Below, one piece after another: positions 8,976 to 18,411 of a DNA stretch of 64,000 bases (its first letter is position 1; each line of letters starts with the position of its first letter). The translations under genes were made by a program, and so were the position numbers. Source of the stretch: Mycobacteriales bacterium (GTDB lineage: Bacteria; Actinomycetota; Actinomycetes; JADGOV01); the NCBI GenBank assembly GCA_038232055.1, contig JBBSIN010000004.1, positions 1,697-65,696 on the forward strand, in the 5' to 3' direction. Under the pieces are notes generated by a model, which was not told the DNA's origin, did not search any database, and saw only the letters and a list, made by a program, of their open reading frames with translations.

Positions 8976-9866
8976 ATGACGTTCTCGGTGGTCGGGCGAA
9001 GCGACGACGGGTCGGCGTGGGGTGTGGCTGTCGCGTCGAAGTTCCTCGCCGTGGGTGCGGCGGTCCCCGGCGCGGCCGCGGACGCCGGCGCCATCGCCAC
9101 CCAGTCCTACGCCAACCTCGCCTACCGACCGGACGGCCTCGCCCTGCTGCGCGAGGGGCGTACGGCGCAGCAGGTGCTCGACGTCCTCACCGCCGCCGAC
9201 GAGCTGCGGGCGCAGCGCCAAGCCGGCATCGTGGACCTCGCCGGTCGCGCCGCCACCTTCACCGGTGCCGAGTGCCATGCCTGGGCGGGCGGGCGCACCG
9301 GCGACGGGTACGCCGTACAGGGCAACATCCTCGTCGGCCCGGAAGTGGTCGAGGCGATGACCGAAGCCTGGCTGCGATCGGAGCCGACGGCGCCACTCGC
9401 CCGGCGCCTGCTCGCGGCCCTGGTCGCCGGCGACGAGGCGGGAGGCGACCGTCGCGGTCGGCAGTCGGCGGCGCTGCTCGTCGTCAGCCAGGGCGGGGGC
9501 TACGGCGGCGGAAGCGACGTGTACGCCGACCTGCGCGTCGACGACTCGCCCCGACCGGTGCCGGAGCTGGAGCGGTTGCTCGGCCTGCACGACATCTATT
9601 TTGGTCAGCCCGACCCCACCGCGCTGCGGCCGTTGGTGGGCCAACTTCTCGACGAGGTCGGCGGGCTGCTCGTGCAGGTGGGGCACCCTCCTGCCGAGCC
9701 GGGAACCGCGGCGGTGCGGGCGGCGCTGTGGGACTGGGCGGGGGTCGAGAACCTCGAGGAGCGGATTTCCGACGAGGACGTAATCGACCAGGTCGTCCTC
9801 GACGTGCTTCGGCTCAAGGCGGTCGAGCACGAGCCGGGGCCGACGAAGAGCCCGAGCGCCAACTAA
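8976..9866 (+). CDS. DUF1028 (Ntn-hydrolase fold) family protein with a C-terminal peptidoglycan-binding-like domain
   Basis: MTFSVVGRSDDGSAWGVAVASKFLAVGAAVP...AIATQSYAN...GNIL is the usual DUF1028 N-terminus. Confidence 0.7.
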   Translation: MTFSVVGRSDDGSAWGVAVASKFLAVGAAVPGAAADAGAIATQSYANLAYRPDGLALLREGRTAQQVLDVLTAADELRAQRQAGIVDLAGRAATFTGAECHAWAGGRTGDGYAVQGNILVGPEVVEAMTEAWLRSEPTAPLARRLLAALVAGDEAGGDRRGRQSAALLVVSQGGGYGGGSDVYADLRVDDSPRPVPELERLLGLHDIYFGQPDPTALRPLVGQLLDEVGGLLVQVGHPPAEPGTAAVRAALWDWAGVENLEERISDEDVIDQVVLDVLRLKAVEHEPGPTKSPSAN

Positions 9867-10036
9867 GCCCGGGCACCAAACACTTCCAACGAGCAGCGAA
9901 TGGGCGGAACGTCGCCGCCGCGACCTCCCGCCCCGCCCCCCTTGCCTACGCTGTGCCGGCCAGCCCCCTCGCCCGTCCGGTGTGGGGCCAGCCTGTCGCA
10001 GGTGCGCCCTGCGGACTGTCGCTCAGCTGACGGCAA

Positions 10037-10058
10037 AAGTGTCGCGAAGCCGACACTT
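10037..10058. promoter_or_regulatory. CRP-type palindrome (AAGTGTCG-N6-CGACACTT), candidate autoregulatory operator
   Basis: A perfect 8-bp inverted repeat with a 6-nt spacer lies 47 nt upstream of the ATG at 10105. Its 5-6-5 geometry matches TGTGA-N6-TCACA. Confidence 0.35.
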
Positions 10059-10104
10059 CCGTGGCAGGGTGACCCGAGTGAGGCCTGCAGGCGGCGGAAC
10101 CGGC

Positions 10105-10851
10105 ATGGCCCGCGCGGCCGGCGGGCGCGCGGGGATCGCCTCGGCCCTGGCCTCGGTCGAGCTTTTCGCCGGGCTCGGCGACGCAGTTGTCGACGCACTC
10201 GCCGGGGTCGCCGTGCCGCGCAGGTTCGGCAAGGGCGCGCTGCTGTTCTCCGAGGGTGACCCGGGTGGGTCGCTTCTCGTCGTCACCGAGGGCGCCATCT
10301 GCATCTTCCGTTCGTCGCTGTCCGGCGAACGCGCCGTACTCACCGTGCTGCGGCCCCTTGACGTCCTGGGCGAGATGGCGCTGCTCGACGGCGCTCCACG
10401 CTCGGCGTCGGCCGAGGCGATCGCACCCACCACCGTGCTCGCGTTGCGCCGTGAGTCGTTCCTCAATCTGCTGCACAGCCAGCCGAGCCTGGTCGAGCCC
10501 CTTGTCCGACACCTGGGCGCCATGATTCGCCGACTGTCCGAGCAGACGGCCGACCATGTCTTCCTCGACCTCGGCGGCCGGGTGGCGAAGGCGCTGCTGC
10601 GCCTCGCCGAGGGAGCGCCGCAACGCGAGTCCCGGCAGATCGTCACTCTTTCCCAGGGCCGGCTGGCCGAGATGGTCGGCGGGAGCCGGCAGAGCGTCAA
10701 CCAGGTGCTCGGCGGGCTCGCCGAGCGCGGCATCGTCCGCGTCGAGGGTCGCCGTATCGTCCTCCTCGACGACGCCGCCCTCCGTCGGCGCGCCGGTCTT
10801 CCGCCGGTCGTCGTGCCTCCGCCGCAGCAGGCACCGTGGACCACTCGATGA
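10105..10851 (+). CDS. Crp/Fnr-family cNMP-binding transcriptional regulator
   Basis: The ATG is at residue 42 of ORF 9982..10851. cNMP-binding motif GEMALLDGAPRSASAEA and C-terminal HTH SQGRLAEMVGGSRQSVNQVLGGLAERGIV are present. Confidence 0.85.
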   Translation: MARAAGGRAGIASALASVELFAGLGDAVVDALAGVAVPRRFGKGALLFSEGDPGGSLLVVTEGAICIFRSSLSGERAVLTVLRPLDVLGEMALLDGAPRSASAEAIAPTTVLALRRESFLNLLHSQPSLVEPLVRHLGAMIRRLSEQTADHVFLDLGGRVAKALLRLAEGAPQRESRQIVTLSQGRLAEMVGGSRQSVNQVLGGLAERGIVRVEGRRIVLLDDAALRRRAGLPPVVVPPPQQAPWTTR

Positions 10852-13800
10852 TCTCCGGACCGACCTGCCGGGCGTGCGGTTTCGGTAACCCGCCCGGCGC
10901 GCGGTTCTGCGGCCGGTGCGGCGATCGGCTGGCGGCCGGATGCCCCACCTGCGGCGAGCCGATCCGGTCCGGTCTGCCGTTCTGCACCGCCTGCGGTACG
11001 CCGCTGGCGGTGCAGCCGGAGCCAACCCGCCGCCTGCCCGTGCAGATACCGCTTCCCCGGGAGCAGCGACGCATCGTCTCCGTCCTCTTCGTCGACCTGG
11101 TCGGCTACACCGTGGCCGCCGCAGCCAGCGACCCGGAGGACCTGCGCCGGATGCAGTCGGCGTACTTCGGCACCGCCCGGATGGTCATCGAGCGGTACGG
11201 CGGCACCGTGGAGAAGTACATCGGCGACGCGGTCATGGCATGTTTCGGCGCGCCCACTGCACACGAGGACGACCCCGACCGGGCCGTCGCGGCCGCCCTC
11301 CACGTCCGCGACGCGCTGCTCGACCAGCGACTACCCGGGGGTCGCCCGATGCGGGTCCGACTCGGCGTGGCGACCGGCGAGGCGCTCGTCGACCTCGACG
11401 CCGACCGGCAGGCCATGGTGGCCGGGGACGTCGTCAATATCGCCTGCCGGCTGGAGGAGCACGCCCAGCCGGGCACGATCCTCGTCGATCTGGCGACCGC
11501 GCGAGCTACCGGGTCGCTGGCCGAGTTCGCCGAGGCGGCACCGATCCTGCTGCCCGGCCGCCCGGACCCGGTTCAGTGTCGCGCCGCACTGCGCACGGTG
11601 GCACCACCGGCCGGCGGCGTCAGCAGCACCGCGGTCATCGGCCGCGATTCGGAGATTGCGCTGCTCACCGGCGCCCTTCGGCGCACCGTCCGCGACCGCT
11701 CGCCGCAGCTGGTCACCATCCTGGGCGACGCGGGGTTGGGCAAGAGCCGGCTGGTCCGCGAGCTCGAGGCGCGCCTGGGCAAAGTCGGGGAGCCGGTGCG
11801 GTGGCGGGTGGGGCACTGCCCGCCGTACGGCGAGAGCGTCACGTTCTGGGCGTTGGCCGAGATCGTCAAGACCCACGCCGGGGTGCTCGACAGCGACACC
11901 GCCGAAGCCGCACGGGCGAAGGTGACGGCCGCGGTGGCCGCCGTGCTGCCGCCGGAGGACGCCCCCGGTGTCGCCGACCGGCTGGCGCCGCTCCTCGGCC
12001 TGGGGGCCGGGTCCCCCAGCGCGGAGGAGGCTCGCGCCGCGTGGACGCGGTTCCTGCTGGCGATCGCCGAGGACCAGCCGCTCGCGCTGGTCGTGGAGGA
12101 CCTGCACTGGGCCGACGACGCGCTGCTGGACTTCCTGGAGGGGCTGCTCGGCGCCGCCGGCCACGTCCCCCTTCTGCTCGTGGTCACCGCTCGCCCGCAC
12201 CAGCTCTCGGAGCGTCGGCCCGACTGGGGCGCGCAGCTGCGCGACAGCGTCAAGATTCCGCTCTCACCGCTCGACGGGCCGCAGACGGCTGCCCTGTTCG
12301 GGGCGCTGCTCGGACGGTCGGTGCTCCCGGCAGAGACGCAGCGACGGCTGATCGGGTTGGCCGGCGGCAACCCGCTGTACGCGGCGGAGTACGTGCGGAT
12401 GCTCGCCGACACCGGGGCGCTGCGGCCCGGTTCGGGCCGCCGTGCCCTGCCGAGCGCCGGGCTGCCTCTGCCGCAGTCCGTACACAGCCTCATCGCCAGC
12501 CGGCTCGACCTGCTCGCACCGGCCGAGCGCGCCGTCCTGCAGGCAGCGGCGGTGGTCGGCCAGCAGTTCAGCGCTGGTGCGGCGGCCGCCGTGGCCGGCG
12601 CCGACCCGGCGGTCGTGGAGCCGGCGCTGCAGGCCCTCGACCGGCGGCAGATCGTCCGTCGACGAGCGACGCCCAGTGTCCGTGGCGATACGGACTACGA
12701 GTTCCGGCACGTGCTCGTCCGCGACGTCGCCTACGCGCAGATTCCGCGGGCGACCCGGGCCGAGCAGCATCGCCGGACCGCCGACTGGCTCGACGCGGTG
12801 ACGGCCACGCGCGAGGACGACATCGCCGAGCTGCTCGCCCACCACCGGGTCGCGGCGTACGACCTGGTGGCCGAGCGCGGCGCCTACCCAGCGCTCAACG
12901 CGGCGGCGTACGCCGAACCGGCTCGTCGCGCACTGCTGGCCGCCGCCGTCCGCGCCGCCCGGCTGCACGCCCTGTCGGCGGCGCGCGGCTACGTCGACCG
13001 CGCGCTGGCGCTCTGGCCGGCCGGCGTCGACCCGGCGGGTCGCTGGCGGGCCATCCGCCTCGCGCAGGAGGTGTGCTTTTTCGCCAGCGAGGACGAGTTC
13101 TACGCCGGCGACGGCCCGACGCTGCTGGCGGAGGCGGCCGTCGCGCTGCTCGCGCTCGGCGACGTCGCCGAAGCGGCCCGCGCCGAGACGCTGCTCGGTC
13201 AGGTGGAGTGGTACCGCGCCGAGGCGGCCGCGGCGTTCGGTCACCTCGGCCGAGCCGTCGCGCTGCTCGCGACCGAGCCGCCCAGCGAGCAAAAGGCGAC
13301 GGCGTACGCCGAGCTGGCTCGGCTGCACATGCTGACCCACCACCACACGGCGGCGATCGAGGCCGCCACCGTGGCCCGCGGCATGGCGCACGCGTTGGAC
13401 CAGCCGGAGATCGAGGCCGGCGCGCTCGTGACGATCGGCACCGCCCGTTACCTCTCCGGGAACCCGGCCGGCGTCGCCGACCAGGAGGCCGCCGTCGACC
13501 TCGCCCGCCGGCATCGGCTGCGGGCGCTGCACCGCGCCGCGAACAACCTGGCGGCCACCCTCCAGGAGGAGGGCCAGCTGCGGCGCAGCTACGAGCTGAT
13601 CGAGGAGAGCGAGGCGGTCGGGCGCAACGCCGGCCTGTCGCTGACGAGCAAGTTCAGCGAGCCCGACGTCGCGATGCGGGCGTACTTCGCCGGCGACTGG
13701 GGGCGGGCGCTGGCCGTCTCCGACGCCTGGCTGGGCGGGCTCGTGACCGCTACCCCGCATCCGTGGGAGATCCATCTGCGGGCACTGTGCGCCTGGCTCC

Positions 13801-14417
13801 GCCTGCTGCGGGGCGCGCCGGCGCAGACCGTCGAGCCCGACCTGCGCCGGGCCCTGGAGCTCGCTCGCCGCGGCAGCTTCCCGCAGCTGCTCCGGCCCGC
13901 GCTTGCGCATGCCGCGCTCTGCCGCGTGATCACCGGGGACCTTCCCGAGGCCGCGCCGCTCTACGACGAGCTCGACACGGAGTGGCGCGACGAACCGGCC
14001 AGCGCCTCGCGGGAGTGGATTCAGGCAGCGGTCAACGTCGGCTCGCAGCTCGACGCCTACGACGACGGCGATCGCGTGCTGACCGTCGTACGCCGCCTGG
14101 AGGCACTGCGGCGCCCCACGCTGTGGGTACACGCCGCGCTGGCCTCCGGGCGGGCGCACCTGGCGGCCGGACGACCGGAGGCCGGCGCGCTGGCAGCCGA
14201 GGCAGCGGAGCGCTACGCCGAGATCGGCGACCTCTCCGATCAGGCCTTGGCGACGCTGCACGCCGCTCGAGCCTACGTCGCCGCCGGACGCCCCGACCAG
14301 GCGTCGGCGTACGTCGTGGCGGCACGCGCTTTCTGCCGGCGCAACGCCGCGGTGCGCCTGTTGGCCTACCTGCCGGCGGTCAGGGACCTCCCGCTGGAGG
14401 TCGGCCGCGGCGTTTGA
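10836..14417 (+). CDS. Double zinc-ribbon / class III adenylate-guanylate cyclase / STAND (AAA) ATPase / TPR multidomain protein
   Basis: Four CxxC pairs lie at the N-terminus. Cyclase motifs are VSVLFVDLVGYT and EKYIGDAVMACFGAP. A Walker A (GDAGLGKSRL) and a helical-repeat tail follow. An alternative start ATG at 10848 overlaps the crp-like stop (ATGA). Confidence 0.85.
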   Translation: MDHSMISGPTCRACGFGNPPGARFCGRCGDRLAAGCPTCGEPIRSGLPFCTACGTPLAVQPEPTRRLPVQIPLPREQRRIVSVLFVDLVGYTVAAAASDPEDLRRMQSAYFGTARMVIERYGGTVEKYIGDAVMACFGAPTAHEDDPDRAVAAALHVRDALLDQRLPGGRPMRVRLGVATGEALVDLDADRQAMVAGDVVNIACRLEEHAQPGTILVDLATARATGSLAEFAEAAPILLPGRPDPVQCRAALRTVAPPAGGVSSTAVIGRDSEIALLTGALRRTVRDRSPQLVTILGDAGLGKSRLVRELEARLGKVGEPVRWRVGHCPPYGESVTFWALAEIVKTHAGVLDSDTAEAARAKVTAAVAAVLPPEDAPGVADRLAPLLGLGAGSPSAEEARAAWTRFLLAIAEDQPLALVVEDLHWADDALLDFLEGLLGAAGHVPLLLVVTARPHQLSERRPDWGAQLRDSVKIPLSPLDGPQTAALFGALLGRSVLPAETQRRLIGLAGGNPLYAAEYVRMLADTGALRPGSGRRALPSAGLPLPQSVHSLIASRLDLLAPAERAVLQAAAVVGQQFSAGAAAAVAGADPAVVEPALQALDRRQIVRRRATPSVRGDTDYEFRHVLVRDVAYAQIPRATRAEQHRRTADWLDAVTATREDDIAELLAHHRVAAYDLVAERGAYPALNAAAYAEPARRALLAAAVRAARLHALSAARGYVDRALALWPAGVDPAGRWRAIRLAQEVCFFASEDEFYAGDGPTLLAEAAVALLALGDVAEAARAETLLGQVEWYRAEAAAAFGHLGRAVALLATEPPSEQKATAYAELARLHMLTHHHTAAIEAATVARGMAHALDQPEIEAGALVTIGTARYLSGNPAGVADQEAAVDLARRHRLRALHRAANNLAATLQEEGQLRRSYELIEESEAVGRNAGLSLTSKFSEPDVAMRAYFAGDWGRALAVSDAWLGGLVTATPHPWEIHLRALCAWLRLLRGAPAQTVEPDLRRALELARRGSFPQLLRPALAHAALCRVITGDLPEAAPLYDELDTEWRDEPASASREWIQAAVNVGSQLDAYDDGDRVLTVVRRLEALRRPTLWVHAALASGRAHLAAGRPEAGALAAEAAERYAEIGDLSDQALATLHAARAYVAAGRPDQASAYVVAARAFCRRNAAVRLLAYLPAVRDLPLEVGRGV

Positions 14418-14453
14418 CGACGTACGTCGGCTGCGGTTCGCGGGACGTTCGGG

Positions 14454-15140
14454 TCAGGCCGCCTTTTGGACCGCGGCCTTGGCCTTGGTCGCGTAGACGT
14501 CGACGTACTCCTGCCCGGACAGCACCATGATCTCGTACATGATCTCGTCGGTCATCGACCGCAGCACGAAGCCGTTGCGCTCCATGCCGCGATAGCGGGA
14601 GAAGTCGAGCGGCTTGCCGATCCGCACGCCGGGGCGGACCCCGAAGCGCGGGAACGCCCGCCCCGGTGGCTGCAGCCGCCGGGTGTCGACCATCACCACC
14701 GGGATCACCGGTACGCCGGCCTCGAGCGCCATGCGGCCGACGCCGGTCTTGCCGCGATAGAGCCGACCGTCCGGCGAGCGCGTGCCCTCCGGGTAGATGC
14801 CGAGCAGCTCGCCCTCCCGGAGGATCCGCAGGCCGGTCCCGATGGCGGCCTCGCTGGCCCGGCCGCCGGTGCGGTCCAGCGGCACCTGCCCGACGGAACG
14901 CATGAACGCGGCCACCAGCCGCCCCTTGAGCCCCGCACCGGTGAAGTAGTCGGACTTGGCGAGGAACGTGATGCGCCGCGGCACCAGAAGCGGCAAGAAG
15001 ATCGAGTCGGAGAACGACAGGTGGTTGCTCGCGAAGATGGCGCCGCCGCGCGGGGGGACGTTCTCCAGCCCCTCGATCCACGGCCGGAACAGCGGGCGCA
15101 GGATCGGCGTCAGGATCGCCTTCACGATCCAGTAACCCAT
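14454..15140 (-). CDS. plsC: 1-acyl-sn-glycerol-3-phosphate acyltransferase
   Basis: The internal ATG is at residue 194 of ORF 14454..15719 (MGYWIVKAIL...). Motifs are NHLSFSDSIF (HX4D variant) and YPEGTRS. Confidence 0.85.
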   Translation of the reverse strand: MGYWIVKAILTPILRPLFRPWIEGLENVPPRGGAIFASNHLSFSDSIFLPLLVPRRITFLAKSDYFTGAGLKGRLVAAFMRSVGQVPLDRTGGRASEAAIGTGLRILREGELLGIYPEGTRSPDGRLYRGKTGVGRMALEAGVPVIPVVMVDTRRLQPPGRAFPRFGVRPGVRIGKPLDFSRYRGMERNGFVLRSMTDEIMYEIMVLSGQEYVDVYATKAKAAVQKAA

Positions 15141-15276
15141 CGGTGTCCTCCCGCTGCCCGAGCCGGTCTCCGACCCTACGGATAGCGGAGCGGCACGGCA
15201 ACGACGGGTCGCTGGTGTCGCCAGGTCTTCTCGCGCGCCGTGGCGACGACCCCGCCGGACATGCGACGATTCGGGC

Positions 15277-16035
15277 ATGCCGCTTCTGCCGGGGGCCGAG
15301 CCCTTCACGTTCGACGGCGGCCCCGTCGGCGTGCTGCTGGTGCACGGCCTCACAGGCTCGCCGCAGAGCCTGCGTCCCTGGGGGCAGCACCTCGCGGCGG
15401 GCGGGCTCACCGTCGTCTGCCCGCGCCTGCCCGGGCACGGCACCCGCTGGCCAGACCTCAACCTGACCCGGTGGCCGGACTGGTACGGCGAGGCGGAGCA
15501 CGCCTTCACGGCACTGCGCGCACGGTGCGACCGGGTCTTCGTCATGGGCCTGTCCATGGGCGCCACCCTGGCGCTGCGGCTCGCGGAGCTGCGTCCGGAC
15601 GAGGTGGCCGGGCTCGTGCTGGTCAACCCCTCGATCCAGATGATGGACCGCCGGCTGATGGCACTCCCGCTGCTCAAGTGGGTGCTTCCCTCGTTCCCCG
15701 GCATCGCGAGCGACATCAAGAAGCCCGGCTCTCGCGAGCTCGCCTACGACCGTCTGCCGCTCAAGGCGTTCGCCTCGCTGACGCAGCTGTGGCGGCTGGT
15801 CCGCGCCGACCTCGGCCGGGTCACCGCGCCGACCCTGCTCTTCCGCAGTGCCGAGGACCACGTCGTCCAGGCGGTCAACGCCGAGACGCTGCTCGGCGCG
15901 ATGCGGTGCCCGATAGAGCAGCGCGTCCTGGCCGAGAGCTACCACGTCGCGACGCTGGACAACGACGCTGCCGCGATCTTCGACGGCAGTCTGGAGTTCG
16001 TGCGGAGCGTCAGCCAGACCGTCGTGAGCGGTTGA
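15277..16035 (+). CDS. Alpha/beta hydrolase (carboxylesterase / lysophospholipase-like)
   Basis: VLLVHGLTGSP and the nucleophile elbow GLSMGA are present, with Asp and His late in the sequence. Confidence 0.8.
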   Translation: MPLLPGAEPFTFDGGPVGVLLVHGLTGSPQSLRPWGQHLAAGGLTVVCPRLPGHGTRWPDLNLTRWPDWYGEAEHAFTALRARCDRVFVMGLSMGATLALRLAELRPDEVAGLVLVNPSIQMMDRRLMALPLLKWVLPSFPGIASDIKKPGSRELAYDRLPLKAFASLTQLWRLVRADLGRVTAPTLLFRSAEDHVVQAVNAETLLGAMRCPIEQRVLAESYHVATLDNDAAAIFDGSLEFVRSVSQTVVSG

Positions 16036-16047
16036 CGGGCGCACTGC

Positions 16048-16806
16048 ATGATCGACGACGACGGCGGCGAGGCGCGCGCGGGACGCCGCAGCAACGGCCT
16101 GCGCGCCGCGGCGTACGCCGTGCTGGCCGAGTGTGAGCCGCAACTCGTCGACGCGCTGCTCGAGGCGCTGCGCACGGCGGGCGTCGCGGCATACGCCGCT
16201 CCCTACGCCGGCTCGGTCGGCGGCTACCTCGAGGTGCGCGCGCCCGACCGCCCGCTCGCCCGGGTCTGGGTCGACGCTATCTCCGTCGAGGCCGCGCGCG
16301 GCGTGCTGGCCCGCGAGCGCGAGCTCACGCTCGACACGCCGGACGAGGAGGCCACCTGGCGCGAGATCGTCGCCGCCCTCCGGCTCGACGGCTCCGACGG
16401 CCCGCCCCGCTGGCCAACCGCGGAGGAGGTGCCGGGCGGCGGGCCGCCGCGCGTCGTACGGCGAGCCGCGCCGGCGCAGCCCGAGCGCCCGCGGCCGCTC
16501 GCCGAGCCGGCCGCCGGGCCTGTACTCGAGCCCGTACTCGAGCCCGCGCCCGAGCTGGCGGACGAGCACTTCGAGCCGCCACCGCCACCGCCGCTGCCAC
16601 GGGTCTCCTCGACCACGGCGTACGGCGTCGCTGCCATCCTCGCCGGGGCTCTCGTGCTGCTGATCCCTACCATGGCCGGGGACCCGGTGGGTCCGGCGCT
16701 TCTCGTGCTCGCGATCGCTGCCGTCCTCGGCGGGTTTGCGACGCTGGTGCTCCGGATGCACGAGGGTTCGGAGGACTCCGGTCCCGACGACGGCGCGGTC
16801 GTCTGA
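16048..16806 (+). CDS. Conserved hypothetical protein with a Pro-rich linker and two C-terminal TM helices
   Basis: GC3 is high. A PVLEPVLEP/PPPPPP linker is followed by AYGVAAILAGALVLLI and ALLVLAIAAVLGGFATLVL. Confidence 0.55.
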   Translation: MIDDDGGEARAGRRSNGLRAAAYAVLAECEPQLVDALLEALRTAGVAAYAAPYAGSVGGYLEVRAPDRPLARVWVDAISVEAARGVLARERELTLDTPDEEATWREIVAALRLDGSDGPPRWPTAEEVPGGGPPRVVRRAAPAQPERPRPLAEPAAGPVLEPVLEPAPELADEHFEPPPPPPLPRVSSTTAYGVAAILAGALVLLIPTMAGDPVGPALLVLAIAAVLGGFATLVLRMHEGSEDSGPDDGAVV

Positions 16807-16855
16807 GCCTTGGCCGCGCCGGTCGTTCGGCCACAGGAACAGGAGGAAGGCGCGC

Positions 16856-18094
16856 GTGCAGGTCAGCGACACGGTCGAGATCAGCGGGCACCTGATGGAC
16901 TCCGGGGCACTCGCGAAGGTGCTCGACGACGTCCTCGAGTACGGCGGCGACTACGTCATCGACCGCCTCGACGTCGGTCGGACCCACGACGACGAGTCCT
17001 ACGCGCGGATCACCGTCACCTCGGAGTCCGACGAGCACCTACAACGGCTGCTCATGCGGCTACAGATCCACGGCGTCAACGCCGTCGACCCCGGCGAGGC
17101 CGGCGTGCGGGAGGCGGAGCAGGACGGGGTTTTTCCCGACGACTTCTACTCCACGACCAACCTCGAGACCGTCGTCCGGCTGGGCGGGCAATGGGTGCCC
17201 GTCGAGCATCCGGAGATGGACTGCGGGCTCGTCGTCGAGGGCAACCGGGTCCGCACGATTCCGGTTAGTGACGTCTCGCGCGGCGACCGGATCGTCTGCG
17301 GCGCGGGCGGGGTCCGGGTCGTGCTGCCCCAGCGGTCCCACTCGGCGCACACGGGCTCGTTCGAGTTCATGACCTCGGAGGTCTCGAGCGAGAAGCCGCA
17401 GGCCCTGCTCGTCCGACAGATCGCCGAGCGGATGCGGGAGGTGAAGGCCGAAGGCGCCAAGCTGCTGTGGGTCGCCGGCCCGGCGGTCGTGCACACCGGA
17501 GCGTCCGGCGCGATGGTCGCGCTGGTGGAGGCCGGCTACGTCGACGTACTGTTCGCCGGCAACGCCCTCGCCACGCACGACATCGAGTCGGCGCTGTTCG
17601 GCACGTCGCTCGGTGTCGACCTGGCGAAGGGCAAGGGCGTCGAGCACGGCCACGAGCACCACATCCGCGCGATCAACACGATCCGCAAGCACGGGTCCAT
17701 CGCAGGCGCCGTCGAGGCCGGCGTACTCGCCAGCGGGGTGATGCACGCCCTCGTCAAGGCCGGCAAGCCCTTCGTGCTCGTGGGATCGGTGCGCGACGAC
17801 GGCCCGCTGCCCGACGTCTACACCGACGTCATCGAGGGCCAGCGCGCCATGCGGGCGCAGCTCCCCGGCGTCGGCTTCGCGATCATGGTGGCGACCATGC
17901 TGCACTCCATCGCGACCGGCAACATCCTGCCCGCGTCGGTTCCGCTGGTCTGCGTCGACATCAACCCGGCGACCGTCACCAAGCTGGCCGACCGCGGCAG
18001 CGCGCAGGCGATGGGCATGGTGACCGACATCGGCCTGTTCTTCGAGCAGCTCGCGCTCGCCCTGGTGCCGGACTACCGCTCCGGTGGCGAGTAG
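16856..18094 (+). CDS. TIGR00300-type protein (LOR/SDH bifunctional-enzyme conserved domain; ornithine cyclodeaminase-like)
   Basis: AGGAGGAAGG at 16841-16850 precedes GTG at 16856. VSDTVEISGHLMDSG...LLWVAGPAVVHTG...LFAGNALATHD resembles this family as I recall it. Confidence 0.7.
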   Translation: MQVSDTVEISGHLMDSGALAKVLDDVLEYGGDYVIDRLDVGRTHDDESYARITVTSESDEHLQRLLMRLQIHGVNAVDPGEAGVREAEQDGVFPDDFYSTTNLETVVRLGGQWVPVEHPEMDCGLVVEGNRVRTIPVSDVSRGDRIVCGAGGVRVVLPQRSHSAHTGSFEFMTSEVSSEKPQALLVRQIAERMREVKAEGAKLLWVAGPAVVHTGASGAMVALVEAGYVDVLFAGNALATHDIESALFGTSLGVDLAKGKGVEHGHEHHIRAINTIRKHGSIAGAVEAGVLASGVMHALVKAGKPFVLVGSVRDDGPLPDVYTDVIEGQRAMRAQLPGVGFAIMVATMLHSIATGNILPASVPLVCVDINPATVTKLADRGSAQAMGMVTDIGLFFEQLALALVPDYRSGGE

Positions 18095-18324
18095 GCCGGC
18101 TCCGTCAAGTAATGCTTGCCGGGTTCGTCAGCTTCTCCCGCGTCCCGGTTGGCCGCTCCAGCGCGGACCGTGGAGCCTGGGAAGTGCCCCAGCAACGCCA
18201 GGACTCCACACCCCTGGTCGTCCCTGTCCGGCCGCAATGCCTGGCGGCGATCACCGGCAGCGCAGTCACTGGACGCGACCTCGGCGACTTCCTACGGACG
18301 CAGATGGCCGTCGTGCGCCGGTTG

Positions 18325-18405
18325 CGATCTCCTTCGCCTGGCTGTTGTTGCTGGCAGCGCCACTTGGAGATCAACCAACCGCCACGGGGCGAGCGAAGGA
18401 GATCG
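18325..18405. repeat. 13-bp perfect inverted repeat (CGATCTCCTTCGC / GCGAAGGAGATCG) with a 55-nt spacer
   Basis: Arms are at 18325-18337 and 18393-18405. A third partial arm GGAGATC lies at 18366-18372. The structure starts 6 nt after the aldo/keto reductase stop on the minus strand. Confidence 0.6.
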
Positions 18406-18411
18406 ACTTGC

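Noticed and set aside
10916-14530. 1204-aa ORF in an alternative plus-strand frame over the cyclase/STAND gene
   Set aside because: The Arg/Gly/Pro-rich translation has no recognisable domains. The 10836 frame carries the cyclase, Walker A and TPR motifs.
14380-16872. 830-aa minus-strand ORF spanning plsC, the hydrolase and the hypothetical gene
   Set aside because: The frame is different from plsC and antisense to two well-supported plus-strand genes. The translation is low complexity.
18180-18260. C-rich hairpin (CCAGG-ACTCCACACC-CCTGG) as a possible 6C-type small RNA
   Set aside because: Only one short stem has a C-containing loop. The two-hairpin CCCC-loop architecture of 6C RNA is not present.
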